Of a DNA stretch of 64,000 nt, positions 55,724-64,000 are shown one piece after another. Each line of letters opens with the position of its first letter. Position 1 is the first letter of the stretch. Source of the DNA: a phage; assembly GCA_012439925.1 (NCBI GenBank), contig GCA_012439925.1_4519.1; one strand, given 5' to 3'. The position numbers and the translations under genes are program-made. The notes under the pieces are model-generated. The model did not search any database and had not been told where the DNA came from. It saw only the letters and a program-made list of their open reading frames with translations.

Positions 55724-57496
55724 TTAATTAACACCGGTGGCATGGAAAATTCCAGGAGCCGTTGTACTTGTTACAGGGGTCATATTCTGGACTACGGTAT
55801 TCTTTTTGACGACATTATTTGTGTTACTAATCGCCGCTACCGGTTGCTGTTGTTTAGATTCAGAAGCACGTCCTTTCTCTATTGACTGAACTTGTTTTGC
55901 TTCTGGAGATTTAGTCGAAGATTCAGGCTTAACTGTTGTCTGAGCTTTTTTGGCTTCAGCCATTTTATTATTTAGCTTTTCAAATCTAGCATCTAATTCC
56001 TTTTTAACAACAGGAGTTTTATTAAGTTCAGGGTCTTTAATAAGTTTACTTAAATCGGCATAAGACTTCTCAACGTTTTTAGCATTTTCCGGATTAGTCA
56101 TATCGATTTTATCGATATAATCCTCAAATCTAACTAAGGCTGCCCGAGTTTCATTAGCTTTTATATATGCCTCTTTACGTTCCTCTTCAGGTAACTCTTT
56201 TAATTTTGCCGATTCTGCAGCACGCTCATCGCTTGTACTAAACTCTTCTTTATTGTCATTACCACGAACCCAGTTAGTAACGAATGTTTTGCCGCGTTGT
56301 AACATATCAAGACCTTTAGAAACGGTTCCTAATTCCCCATCGTCACGCTTCATTTGATATTTAGCGACTTTCTCTTGGTCTTCTTTCTTTAATTTGTTCC
56401 CAGTAGTTTCTTGGAATCCTTCTAAAGCACGTCCTTCTATTTCGTCCGCGGTATCACCAAAACCTATAGCACGCAATATAGACGCGGAGAGTTTAGCCAT
56501 TCCTAATTGAATTAGTTCACCTAAGTTCATTAATGCTGTTCCTACACCTTTGACAATAGCAACGGTTAAACCACCCCAGTCTCCAGCTTCCCACAATTGT
56601 TTTATCGAGTCAATAGAAGTGAATATATCGCTTAAGAATTTACCCCACTCTTTAGCTTCATCGGAGAATTTAGTAAAGTTTTCATCAAATAAATCCCAGG
56701 CAGAAGTGAACTTGTCTGTCCAATATTTGAAATGGACTATCAATAAATCAATACCGATAACAATACCAAGAATAAGTGCGGCCATTTTTGCTGCTTCAAT
56801 AGCAGCCGTTATAGTGTATTTGAAAAGCATTCCAGCAATTCTGTCTGAAATTGATATTGATTTATTAAACCCGGTTTGAACTGTTTTAGTGAGCATTGCA
56901 ATTTTATCGCTCAATTTAAAGCTAATACCGCCTTTAGAATCGGAAGTAGAATTAGCACTTTCTTGAACCGGGACCGGGAAGAAATCTTCGTCTGGCTTAT
57001 TATCAATCTTTTCAGGTGTAGGTAATGCTTTAAACAACTCATCAGAAGTTTCGTTCTCAACCACTTTAACAGGTATCGCGTTCTCAATTACTTCAAGAGA
57101 GGTGCCTCCTGTATTTTGAATAGCGGTAGATGTTTGTAATTTTTGCTCTAATAATGTAGCTAATCGGTCTAACTTAGAGCTTATTGCACTAGAAACTTCG
57201 TTTATACTTTTAGTGACTTCAGTTTGTTTTTCAATAACTTCTGCGATAAGCTCTGTGCCTTCAGCAGTGTTATCTGTCGAATTCTTTAAGTCTCCAATTG
57301 ATTCAATAATTCCATTGCCTTTATCTTCTACACTTTGCGATGTGAGTTCAGACGCGGCTTGGACATCGTCTAGTTTTGATGAAATATCATTCAATGCTTC
57401 TAATGAATCGGTAGCTGCATCAGCAGCTACTTTTTGTGGTTTATTATCGGCAATGACCTTATTTCTACGCATGGATTTCATTTCTTCAGGTTTCAT
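55724..57496 (-). CDS. 29: tail length tape-measure / baseplate hub protein
   Basis: 590 aa as in T4 gp29; synteny. Confidence 0.85.
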   Translation of the reverse strand: MKPEEMKSMRRNKVIADNKPQKVAADAATDSLEALNDISSKLDDVQAASELTSQSVEDKGNGIIESIGDLKNSTDNTAEGTELIAEVIEKQTEVTKSINEVSSAISSKLDRLATLLEQKLQTSTAIQNTGGTSLEVIENAIPVKVVENETSDELFKALPTPEKIDNKPDEDFFPVPVQESANSTSDSKGGISFKLSDKIAMLTKTVQTGFNKSISISDRIAGMLFKYTITAAIEAAKMAALILGIVIGIDLLIVHFKYWTDKFTSAWDLFDENFTKFSDEAKEWGKFLSDIFTSIDSIKQLWEAGDWGGLTVAIVKGVGTALMNLGELIQLGMAKLSASILRAIGFGDTADEIEGRALEGFQETTGNKLKKEDQEKVAKYQMKRDDGELGTVSKGLDMLQRGKTFVTNWVRGNDNKEEFSTSDERAAESAKLKELPEEERKEAYIKANETRAALVRFEDYIDKIDMTNPENAKNVEKSYADLSKLIKDPELNKTPVVKKELDARFEKLNNKMAEAKKAQTTVKPESSTKSPEAKQVQSIEKGRASESKQQQPVAAISNTNNVVKKNTVVQNMTPVTSTTAPGIFHATGVN

Positions 57497-58026
57497 TCAA
57501 GCAATCCAATAATTTCTGCTATACCCTTAATAGGACCATTAGGGCCTGGAATAGCAATAGTTGTCGAAAGGTCTTCTGCCCATTTGATTACAAAAGCAGG
57601 CATCTCAAGGAAAGAAATTTCTTTCTCTTCGTCATTAACTTTTATTAAGCAATTTGATAACATTTCACTGATTGTAGCGAATTGTTCAAATTTGCCTGGA
57701 GGTCTAAAATAAAAAGTATTGCCTTGGAATTGGAATTCTGTTCGTTGGCATACATAGACGTCATCTAGTTTATATGTGAATCCGTCTTTTTCAACTTCAG
57801 ACTTAAGTTTGTTATTAAATTCCAATATATGTAGACATGCAAAATCAAAATCAGCAGGACTCATATTTTTACAAATAGAATCAGCTAAGATTTTCATGTT
57901 TTCATCAGGACCTTTAACATCCTTTAAAAGATTATAATGTTTGAGCCCTAATTTGGGAATCATTACCTTTTTATTAGACTGTGGTAGAATTATTTTCTTT
58001 AGAGGTAGAATCAGATTTAAGTTCAT
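57493..58026 (-). CDS. 28: baseplate hub distal subunit
   Basis: 177 aa as in T4 gp28; start may lie at a downstream Met because of overlap with gene 27. Confidence 0.75.
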   Translation of the reverse strand: MNLNLILPLKKIILPQSNKKVMIPKLGLKHYNLLKDVKGPDENMKILADSICKNMSPADFDFACLHILEFNNKLKSEVEKDGFTYKLDDVYVCQRTEFQFQGNTFYFRPPGKFEQFATISEMLSNCLIKVNDEEKEISFLEMPAFVIKWAEDLSTTIAIPGPNGPIKGIAEIIGLLE

Positions 58027-59146
58027 TTTTAACCTTAACTGGGTTAACAGGTTCTAACACCATTGAGTTGGTAAACATGTACAGATGAGTTTGTGAGTTG
58101 TTATTTGATAACTCATGAATAACTTCATCCACGTAAAATTCGGATTTGAATTGGTTCTTTTGGTCAACAAATATAATTTTAGTAGCAGGCGTTATGTTAA
58201 AATTACCTGTAGTAGTGCATTTAGCATAACCGTCGTATTGAGCCATTGTCTGAAGACGACTTGCTTCTTCAAATCCGTTACGATAGGTCATTTCGGAATA
58301 TCCGCCGGATCTTGACACAAGAATAGCATTATCGCCGTCGCCAGTAACAATAACTGGAATAGATGTATCTAAAAATGAATGGGCGAATATTGTGGCGTTT
58401 TTAATAGGGTCTCTTGTAAATTGGTTGGCTTTAGTCATCCAGGTAAAATCCCATACTAATGGATACTCAAGCTCTTGAATATACTGACCTACAGTATTTG
58501 GCTCACCTACAATCATCTTAATGCCTTCTTGACCAATAAGAGTATCGTAGTCAATCATGTTTACGCCTAAAATATCTTGCCATACGAATACGAACTTATC
58601 ACTCGCTGTAGCAAGTCCTAATTCTCTGACATATGCCAAATAATCATCAAATGTGCTTGTCCAAGGAATATCAGGAACATAAGCATTAATAGTGTTTATT
58701 GGCGGAGTAATTAACGTACGGTCTTTATATATGACACCTAACATTTCACGTATAGATTCGCCTGCGTCCGGGAAGAACGGACGCCCAAATTTAAGGTTCT
58801 CTATAGAATGTATTGTTCCAAGCTCAATTGCAATAATATTGTCACCTTTTGAGTCCACAGACACAGAATAATGTCTACATCCGTAAATTCGAGTTCTAAC
58901 TTGGAGAGGTGTGTTTGAATTTGAAACAGAGATTTGGACTATCTGCCTACCATCCATTTTAGTGTGGATGTTTTTAGTGTCATAAAATTGAAGAATCCCT
59001 TCATTTCTTCCATATAGCGAATCTCGCATGGTTAAAGTTGTTATTGTTGCAGCGAGTTCAACGTATCTATTTTCTTGCCAAGCCGAATAATCTTGATATA
59101 ATTTAACGCTTAAGTTAGGATATCCTGGACGTTGGAATACTGTCAT
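57974..59146 (-). CDS. 27: baseplate hub subunit
   Basis: 390 aa (T4 gp27 391 aa); synteny 51-27-28. Confidence 0.85.
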   Translation of the reverse strand: MTVFQRPGYPNLSVKLYQDYSAWQENRYVELAATITTLTMRDSLYGRNEGILQFYDTKNIHTKMDGRQIVQISVSNSNTPLQVRTRIYGCRHYSVSVDSKGDNIIAIELGTIHSIENLKFGRPFFPDAGESIREMLGVIYKDRTLITPPINTINAYVPDIPWTSTFDDYLAYVRELGLATASDKFVFVWQDILGVNMIDYDTLIGQEGIKMIVGEPNTVGQYIQELEYPLVWDFTWMTKANQFTRDPIKNATIFAHSFLDTSIPVIVTGDGDNAILVSRSGGYSEMTYRNGFEEASRLQTMAQYDGYAKCTTTGNFNITPATKIIFVDQKNQFKSEFYVDEVIHELSNNNSQTHLYMFTNSMVLEPVNPVKVKNELKSDSTSKENNSTTV

Positions 59147-59895
59147 TTTTTATGGTCCTTTTCTACTAATGTTAAAGCAATACCACGTTCAACAGGAATC
59201 ATTTGCATAATAGAATCCAACGTGTATTGACTCTTTACTAGTGAATGGTTTATCTGATAGAATGTAAAAATCTCATCAGGGTTAACTAACAATTTAAAAA
59301 CCTCTAAGATATCAGTATATGTTTTAACATGGCGTTCACAACAACCTAATCTAAGGGTCAAATTAATAGGGTTCATAGAAGCAATAACCTTCTCGAGAGA
59401 GTCAATGTCTATTGCTTCTATTACTTGGATTTGGTTCTCTTCAGTCAAATCATTCCATGGGTACCATTCATCATTATAATATATTTCTTTTATGTTTTCA
59501 CTTATCATTAATGCTTTATTGTCATAAAACTTTTCAGGGAAAGAAAAACGTATTTTTATACCAGCAACATCAAGTTCAGGTTCGACTAGTTCTTTTTGAT
59601 ATATCTCAAATGGTGCAGTTTTTTCTTTAGAGCATTTAGGGCAAGTGAAAATAACGGGAACTTTTGTTTTGCCTATAGAGCCTGCAAAAACTTGCAGGAA
59701 TATAAATGGTTGCCATGTTTTAGGGTACTCGCCAAAATAATCATCAATCAGATCGGCAATTATTTCTTTTTGTTCTTGTGGCGAACGATGTTCGATATCA
59801 TTTCTAACTAGTAAAAAGTCTCTATAATCCGCCACGGTGAACGGCTTGAAACGATGAACACCATCCGGTAATTTACAACGAATTATATTAGCCAT
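59143..59895 (-). CDS. 51: baseplate hub assembly catalyst
   Basis: 250 aa (T4 gp51 249 aa); synteny. Confidence 0.8.
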   Translation of the reverse strand: MANIIRCKLPDGVHRFKPFTVADYRDFLLVRNDIEHRSPQEQKEIIADLIDDYFGEYPKTWQPFIFLQVFAGSIGKTKVPVIFTCPKCSKEKTAPFEIYQKELVEPELDVAGIKIRFSFPEKFYDNKALMISENIKEIYYNDEWYPWNDLTEENQIQVIEAIDIDSLEKVIASMNPINLTLRLGCCERHVKTYTDILEVFKLLVNPDEIFTFYQINHSLVKSQYTLDSIMQMIPVERGIALTLVEKDHKK

Positions 59896-59912
59896 AATTA
59901 CTCCTTTTCTAT

Positions 59913-59920
59913 TATTTATA
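59913..59920 (-). promoter_or_regulatory. late promoter TATAAATA for gene 51 operon
   Basis: Minus-strand TATAAATA about 18 bp upstream of the gene 51 ATG. Confidence 0.55.
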
Positions 59921-59924
59921 AATA
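59917..59924 (+). promoter_or_regulatory. late promoter TATAAATA for genes 26-25
   Basis: Plus-strand TATAAATA about 19 bp upstream of the gene 26 ATG; overlaps the divergent minus-strand promoter. Confidence 0.55.
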
Positions 59925-59942
59925 CACAATAAAGGAGTTAAC

Positions 59943-60569
59943 ATGTACAAATATACGTTTACCGTACGTTTAGGCGATAAAGAAGTGAATTGTAGAGCCT
60001 TTACTTTAAAAGAATATTTAGGACTCATAGGTGCGCGGGCTACCGGTACTATTGAATCAGCAGTGAACAATATTATCACTAATTGCTCTAATGCTAAAAA
60101 CTTGACTAAACAAGAAGCCGAGCTATTGTTGGTAAATCTGTGGGCACATTCATTAGGTGAAGTGAATCAAGAACACACCTGGAATTGTTCCTGTGGGCAT
60201 TCATTTCAAGTCTATATGAATTTATTGCACACTCAATTAGATGAACAGGCGGATCCCTGGTATTCGTTCAGTGGTATTAAAATTAAGTTCCGTCAACCTA
60301 AATTATTTGATGATAAAAATATCGCATTAATGATTGCTTCATGTATTGAGGCTGTTTTTGTCAATGGAGAGTCCATCCCTGTTGAAGATTTAACTGAAGC
60401 AGAAATAAACGACCTTTACGGCCTTATAACAGAAGATGACATGATTAATATTAAAAATCTTTTGGTATCACCGTCAATTTATCTGGCAACCCCTATTAAA
60501 TGTCCCAAATGTGGGGCGTCACACGTTCACACAATACGAGGCCTCAAAGAATTCTTTGAGTTACTATAA
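59943..60569 (+). CDS. 26: baseplate hub subunit
   Basis: 208 aa as in T4 gp26; divergent from gene 51. Confidence 0.8.
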   Translation: MYKYTFTVRLGDKEVNCRAFTLKEYLGLIGARATGTIESAVNNIITNCSNAKNLTKQEAELLLVNLWAHSLGEVNQEHTWNCSCGHSFQVYMNLLHTQLDEQADPWYSFSGIKIKFRQPKLFDDKNIALMIASCIEAVFVNGESIPVEDLTEAEINDLYGLITEDDMINIKNLLVSPSIYLATPIKCPKCGASHVHTIRGLKEFFELL

Positions 60570-60967
60570 TGTCTAATATCAATAAACTTTATTCAGATAT
60601 CGACCCAGAAATGCGTATGGATTGGAACAAGGACGTTGCTCGTTCTGTAGGACTTCGTTCTATTAAAAATAGTCTTCTTGGTATAGTGACAACTAGAAAA
60701 GGCTCACGCCCCTTCGACCCTGAATTTGGATGCGATTTGGTTGATGAACTTTTCGAGAACATGACACCACTTACAGCCGATACGATTGAGCGTAATATCC
60801 AGGCAGCTGTTCGTAACTATGAGCCACGCATCGACAAACTTTCTGTAAGTGTAACGCCAGTATATGATGACTATACAGTTATAGTAGAGATTAGATTTTC
60901 GGTCGTAGACAACCCTGATGATATCGAACAAATCAAACTTCAGTTAGCGTCAAGCAATAGAGTGTAA
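60569..60967 (+). CDS. 25: baseplate wedge subunit (sheath-binding)
   Basis: 132 aa; near-identical to T4 gp25 as recalled. Confidence 0.95.
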   Translation: MSNINKLYSDIDPEMRMDWNKDVARSVGLRSIKNSLLGIVTTRKGSRPFDPEFGCDLVDELFENMTPLTADTIERNIQAAVRNYEPRIDKLSVSVTPVYDDYTVIVEIRFSVVDNPDDIEQIKLQLASSNRV

Positions 60968-60992
60968 TGCTTCAAGGCAACCTATGTATAAT
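60966..60992 (+). promoter_or_regulatory. MotA-dependent middle promoter for uvsY
   Basis: MotA box AATGCTTCA 60966-60974, 12-bp spacer, TATAAT 60987-60992. Confidence 0.6.
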
Positions 60993-61047
60993 GGTTTTAG
61001 GTCCTTCCGATACAGCCGGGAGATTATTAGTTAAAAGAGAGAACATT

Positions 61048-61461
61048 ATGAAGCTGGAAGATTTACAGGAAGAGTTAGACGCAGACTTAGCTATTGATAC
61101 GACAAAGTTGCAATATGAGACGGCGAATAATGTTAAGTTATACAGCAAATGGCTACGTAAGCACTCATTTATTCGTAAAGAAATGTTGCGTATAGAGACT
61201 CAGAAGAAAACTGCTCTAAAAGCAAGATTAGACTACTACTCGGGACGAGGTGATGGTGATGAATTCAGTATGGACCGATATGAGAAATCTGAAATGAAAA
61301 CTGTCCTGGCTGCAGATAAAGATGTGCTTAAAATAGAGACTACTTTACAATACTGGGGAATTTTACTTGAGTTCTGTAGTGGTGCACTTGATGCAGTCAA
61401 GTCTCGTAGTTTTGCACTTAAACATATTCAAGATATGCGAGAATTTGAAGCGGGGCAATAA
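61048..61461 (+). CDS. uvsY: recombination mediator UvsY
   Basis: Start trimmed to MKLEDLQEEL; 137 aa as in T4 UvsY; near-identical as recalled. Confidence 0.9.
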   Translation: MKLEDLQEELDADLAIDTTKLQYETANNVKLYSKWLRKHSFIRKEMLRIETQKKTALKARLDYYSGRGDGDEFSMDRYEKSEMKTVLAADKDVLKIETTLQYWGILLEFCSGALDAVKSRSFALKHIQDMREFEAGQ

Positions 61462-61685
61462 TGCGTTATTCAATTGAAGATGCCTTTAATAATGATGAAG
61501 AATTTGAAACTGAAATTAAATTCTTAATGGAAAAGTATCGTCTACGACGTCAGGATATTCGTATCCTGACAGACCATCCTTGTGGCGAAGACGTCCTTTA
61601 TATTAAAGGGAAGTTTGCTGGGTATATCGACGAGTATTTTTATACAAAAGATATGGGTATCGATATGTGCATGCGAGTGGTATAA
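61461..61685 (+). CDS. hypothetical small protein (uvsY.-1-like)
   Basis: 74-aa ORF overlapping the uvsY stop. Confidence 0.5.
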   Translation: MRYSIEDAFNNDEEFETEIKFLMEKYRLRRQDIRILTDHPCGEDVLYIKGKFAGYIDEYFYTKDMGIDMCMRVV

Positions 61686-61688
61686 ATA
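61681..61688 (+). promoter_or_regulatory. late promoter TATAAATA
   Basis: TATAAATA about 30 bp upstream of small ORF 61718. Confidence 0.45.
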
Positions 61689-61717
61689 GATATGTAATTT
61701 CAACTTAGGAGGCAATC

Positions 61718-61885
61718 ATGTCAGATAAGATTTGTGTTGTCTGTAAAACTCCAATCGATTCTGCATTGGTTGTTGAAACAGACAAAGGTCCAGCACATCC
61801 TGGTCCTTGTTATAATTATGTACAACAATTGCCGGTTTCAGAAAGTTCAGAAGAGCAATTGAACGAAACCCAACTTTTACTATAG
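61718..61885 (+). CDS. small Cys-containing protein (55 aa, uvsY.-2-like)
   Basis: Not in ORF track; strong RBS AGGAGG; CVVC ... PGPC pattern suggests a metal-binding knuckle. Confidence 0.45.
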   Translation: MSDKICVVCKTPIDSALVVETDKGPAHPGPCYNYVQQLPVSESSEEQLNETQLLL

Positions 61886-61904
61886 TGTTACCTTTTTTGC
61901 CTAT

Positions 61905-61942
61905 GGTTTTTGGCCCTTCCAAAAAGGTCGGGCCTTTTTTTT
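61905..61942 (+). terminator. intrinsic terminator at convergent junction
   Basis: GGCCC-N13-GGGCC hairpin followed by TTTTTTTT. Confidence 0.6.
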
Positions 61943-61944
61943 AA

Positions 61945-62178
61945 TTAGAAGTCTTCTTCCACATCCTCATCATCGTCGCCTTCAAGTTCGGCACGCTTAC
62001 CTGCTAAGGCATCCCTGACAGAAATATCATCTGTATCTTTTAATTCCGTTTCTTTTATACGTTTCTTATAATAAGCTTCCAATTCTTCAAGCCCTTCTAG
62101 GGTATGACAACTAGCAATTTTACCCATGAATTCGTCAATAGATGCTTCGTATAAAAATTGTTTAAATTCAAGTACCAT
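61945..62178 (-). CDS. uvsW.1: UvsW.1 small acidic protein
   Basis: 77 aa, acidic; immediately downstream of uvsW as in T4. Confidence 0.7.
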   Translation of the reverse strand: MVLEFKQFLYEASIDEFMGKIASCHTLEGLEELEAYYKKRIKETELKDTDDISVRDALAGKRAELEGDDDEDVEEDF

Positions 62179-62191
62179 TTTTATCTCCTAA

Positions 62192-62203
62192 GGGCCGAAG
62201 CCC
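62192..62203 (-). other. TTCG-loop hairpin immediately upstream of the uvsW.1 Shine-Dalgarno
   Basis: Minus-strand GGGCttcgGCCC followed by TTAGGAGAT-N5-ATG. Confidence 0.45.
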
Positions 62204-63718
62204 TTATAAATTAATTGTTTTCATTACATAGTTAAATTTCTCATCAGCGTAACGCTGGATACGATCAATACCGTGTTTTAACAAGTAATTAAGATGAGTA
62301 TACTTCTTTTTAGTATTTAATGATTTAGGTTTTACACCTGCGTCATCGATGAGATCCCAAACTGTAGCAACAGCTTTAGAACCATGCTTACGAAGCACAC
62401 GACCTACTGTTTGAAGTACGATAATTTTTGATTTAACACCATGGGCAAAAATAACATGATGAAGATTCTTGACTGAAATACCGGTAGAGAATACTCCATA
62501 TGATGCGACAATAATAATGCCTTTACCATTTTCTGCCATGACTTTAAGTGCGTTACGTGTTTCAGTATCAACTTCACCTGATACGTAATAAACTTTTTCG
62601 TATCCAAGCTCTTTAATAGCTTCAAATATTTCTTTACCGTGTGTAACATGTTTAAACATTACAAAGGCGTTCTCGTCTTTCTTAGCCAATTTGACCGAAA
62701 GTTGAGCAATCCACTTTGTACGACGTTTTAGTCCGGTAATAATTTTAACTTCTTCTTGGTATGTTTTACCTTTTAATTTGGTGGCGAATTCGTCTGGATA
62801 ACGAAGGAAAATACTATTAATCTTAAGCTCAGTTACCTGTCCGTCTTCCATTAATTTAGACGTGCTAACAGGACGGAAGATTTCACCGAACATGCCTACG
62901 TACTGCATTACATTGGCTTTTCCGTCTCTTAATGAGCCAGATAAACCGAATTTAAACATGCAATTATTTAATCCTGAGATGATTGAAGAAATACTTTTGC
63001 CTGTTGCTAAGTGGCATTCATCGTTCATCATCATACCGAACTGAGAGAACCATTCTTTAGGCTGCTTAACTACCGTTTGCCATGTGCCAACAATAATCGG
63101 AGCGTCGTTTTTAGATTTGTCTGCTTTATCAGCACCACCGCCAATTTTCTTAATCATCGAATGACTAAACAAGCGATAATCAACAAAATCATTAGCCATT
63201 TGGGTTGTCAATGCTGTTGTAGGGACGATAATGAGAATTTTACCTTCATAGTTCTCTAGATAATACCGAGCTAAAAGTGCTTGGATTAGTGATTTACCTG
63301 CTGATGTCGGAAGGTTTAAAATTCGACGACGATTAACCAGACCTTCATATACTGCATCTTTTTGATACCAATGTGGTTCGATTTTGGCGTTGCCTGAATA
63401 AATTTCTTGTTTAGAAAGCCACGCGTCAAAATCTTCCCTGGTAAGGTCTTCAGTCTCAAAGATTTTAGGGTCAATCCATACAGAATAACTCATATTGTTA
63501 CAGAACTTTTTTATTTGACCTACAAGACCATATGGTAACAAACGATTGTAATCTAAAAGTCGAATTCTACCATCCCAGTTTCCATATTTGTAGCGAGGGT
63601 TAAATTTATACCCGTCAGCTTCAAAGCTAAAAAAGTCACGAAGTTCGTAAAACGTACTTTCGTCGCATTCAATGCGCACGTGACTAAAATCATGAAAATG
63701 TACTTTAATGTCAGTCAT
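62204..63718 (-). CDS. uvsW: UvsW SF2 DNA/RNA helicase
   Basis: 504 aa (T4 UvsW 503 aa); helicase motifs including Walker A SAGKS and DEAH-like NDECH. Confidence 0.9.
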   Translation of the reverse strand: MTDIKVHFHDFSHVRIECDESTFYELRDFFSFEADGYKFNPRYKYGNWDGRIRLLDYNRLLPYGLVGQIKKFCNNMSYSVWIDPKIFETEDLTREDFDAWLSKQEIYSGNAKIEPHWYQKDAVYEGLVNRRRILNLPTSAGKSLIQALLARYYLENYEGKILIIVPTTALTTQMANDFVDYRLFSHSMIKKIGGGADKADKSKNDAPIIVGTWQTVVKQPKEWFSQFGMMMNDECHLATGKSISSIISGLNNCMFKFGLSGSLRDGKANVMQYVGMFGEIFRPVSTSKLMEDGQVTELKINSIFLRYPDEFATKLKGKTYQEEVKIITGLKRRTKWIAQLSVKLAKKDENAFVMFKHVTHGKEIFEAIKELGYEKVYYVSGEVDTETRNALKVMAENGKGIIIVASYGVFSTGISVKNLHHVIFAHGVKSKIIVLQTVGRVLRKHGSKAVATVWDLIDDAGVKPKSLNTKKKYTHLNYLLKHGIDRIQRYADEKFNYVMKTINL

Positions 63719-63747
63719 GTCAAATTACCATGTAATAAATATAGTTA

Positions 63748-63755
63748 TATTTATA
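63748..63755 (-). promoter_or_regulatory. late promoter TATAAATA for uvsW
   Basis: Minus-strand TATAAATA about 30 bp upstream of the uvsW ATG. Confidence 0.5.
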
Positions 63756-63768
63756 ATGAGGAAATACT

Positions 63769-64000
63769 ATGATCGATAAAGACTATATTGAAGAGTTACG
63801 TGCTCTTTCCGATAAAAAGGAAGCCAAAGCTAAACTGTTCGAATATGCGGAACAATTTGGCATTAGTGTTAAGAAAACAAAATCATTCGATAATATTGTT
63901 GTTGATATCGAAGAAGCTCTTAACGCACTGGCTGATGAACCATTACCTGAAACTGATGGATTATCTATAACCGATTTAATTACTGCCGCAGATGATGTGG
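63769..64000 (+). CDS. hypothetical protein, N-terminal fragment running off the window
   Basis: ATG with RBS GAGGAAA; open to the window end; N-terminal region resembles a helix-extended-helix (Rho-N/SAP-like) motif. Confidence 0.4.
   Translation, partial: MIDKDYIEELRALSDKKEAKAKLFEYAEQFGISVKKTKSFDNIVVDIEEALNALADEPLPETDGLSITDLITAADDV

Overview
This window is a 64-kb segment of a T4-like (Tevenvirinae-type) myovirus genome, in reverse orientation relative to the conventional T4 map. All gene calls rest on my reading of the translated ORFs, T4 synteny and protein lengths; no database search was run. Left to right it carries a partial dexA-like ORF, small early ORFs, a fused topoisomerase gene 39 (no gene 60 split), rIIA, rIIB, ndd, gene 52, motA and asiA. 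On the minus strand lie holin t and the long tail fibre module 38-37-36-35-34, with a T2-type glycine-rich gp38 adhesin. The plus strand then runs rnh, dsbA, 33, 59, 32, frd, td (no intron), nrdA, nrdB (no intron), denA, rnlA, alc, an i-/o-spanin pair, pseT, cd, 31, rIII, ligase 30 and alt. The right end has minus-strand baseplate genes 54-48-29-28-27-51, then 26, 25, uvsY and, on the minus strand, uvsW.1 and uvsW. Regulatory architecture is typical of T-even phages: GTTTAC/TATAAT early promoters, many with an embedded inverted repeat, TATAAATA late promoters, a MotA-type middle promoter before uvsY, and GC hairpins with TTCG loops as terminators. The content I cannot place in T4 and consider most worth follow-up is: (1) a GT-B-like glycosyltransferase between gene 39 and rIIA, a candidate DNA-modifying sugar transferase; (2) a complete class I DAHP synthase immediately upstream of cd; (3) a NADAR (YbiA-like) plus HAD-hydrolase pair near alt; (4) repeated promoter/hairpin cassettes that show compensatory base changes; and (5) several blocks of small uncharacterised ORFs, including a tandem paralogue triplet. 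No tRNA, CRISPR array, intron or homing endonuclease gene was recognised.
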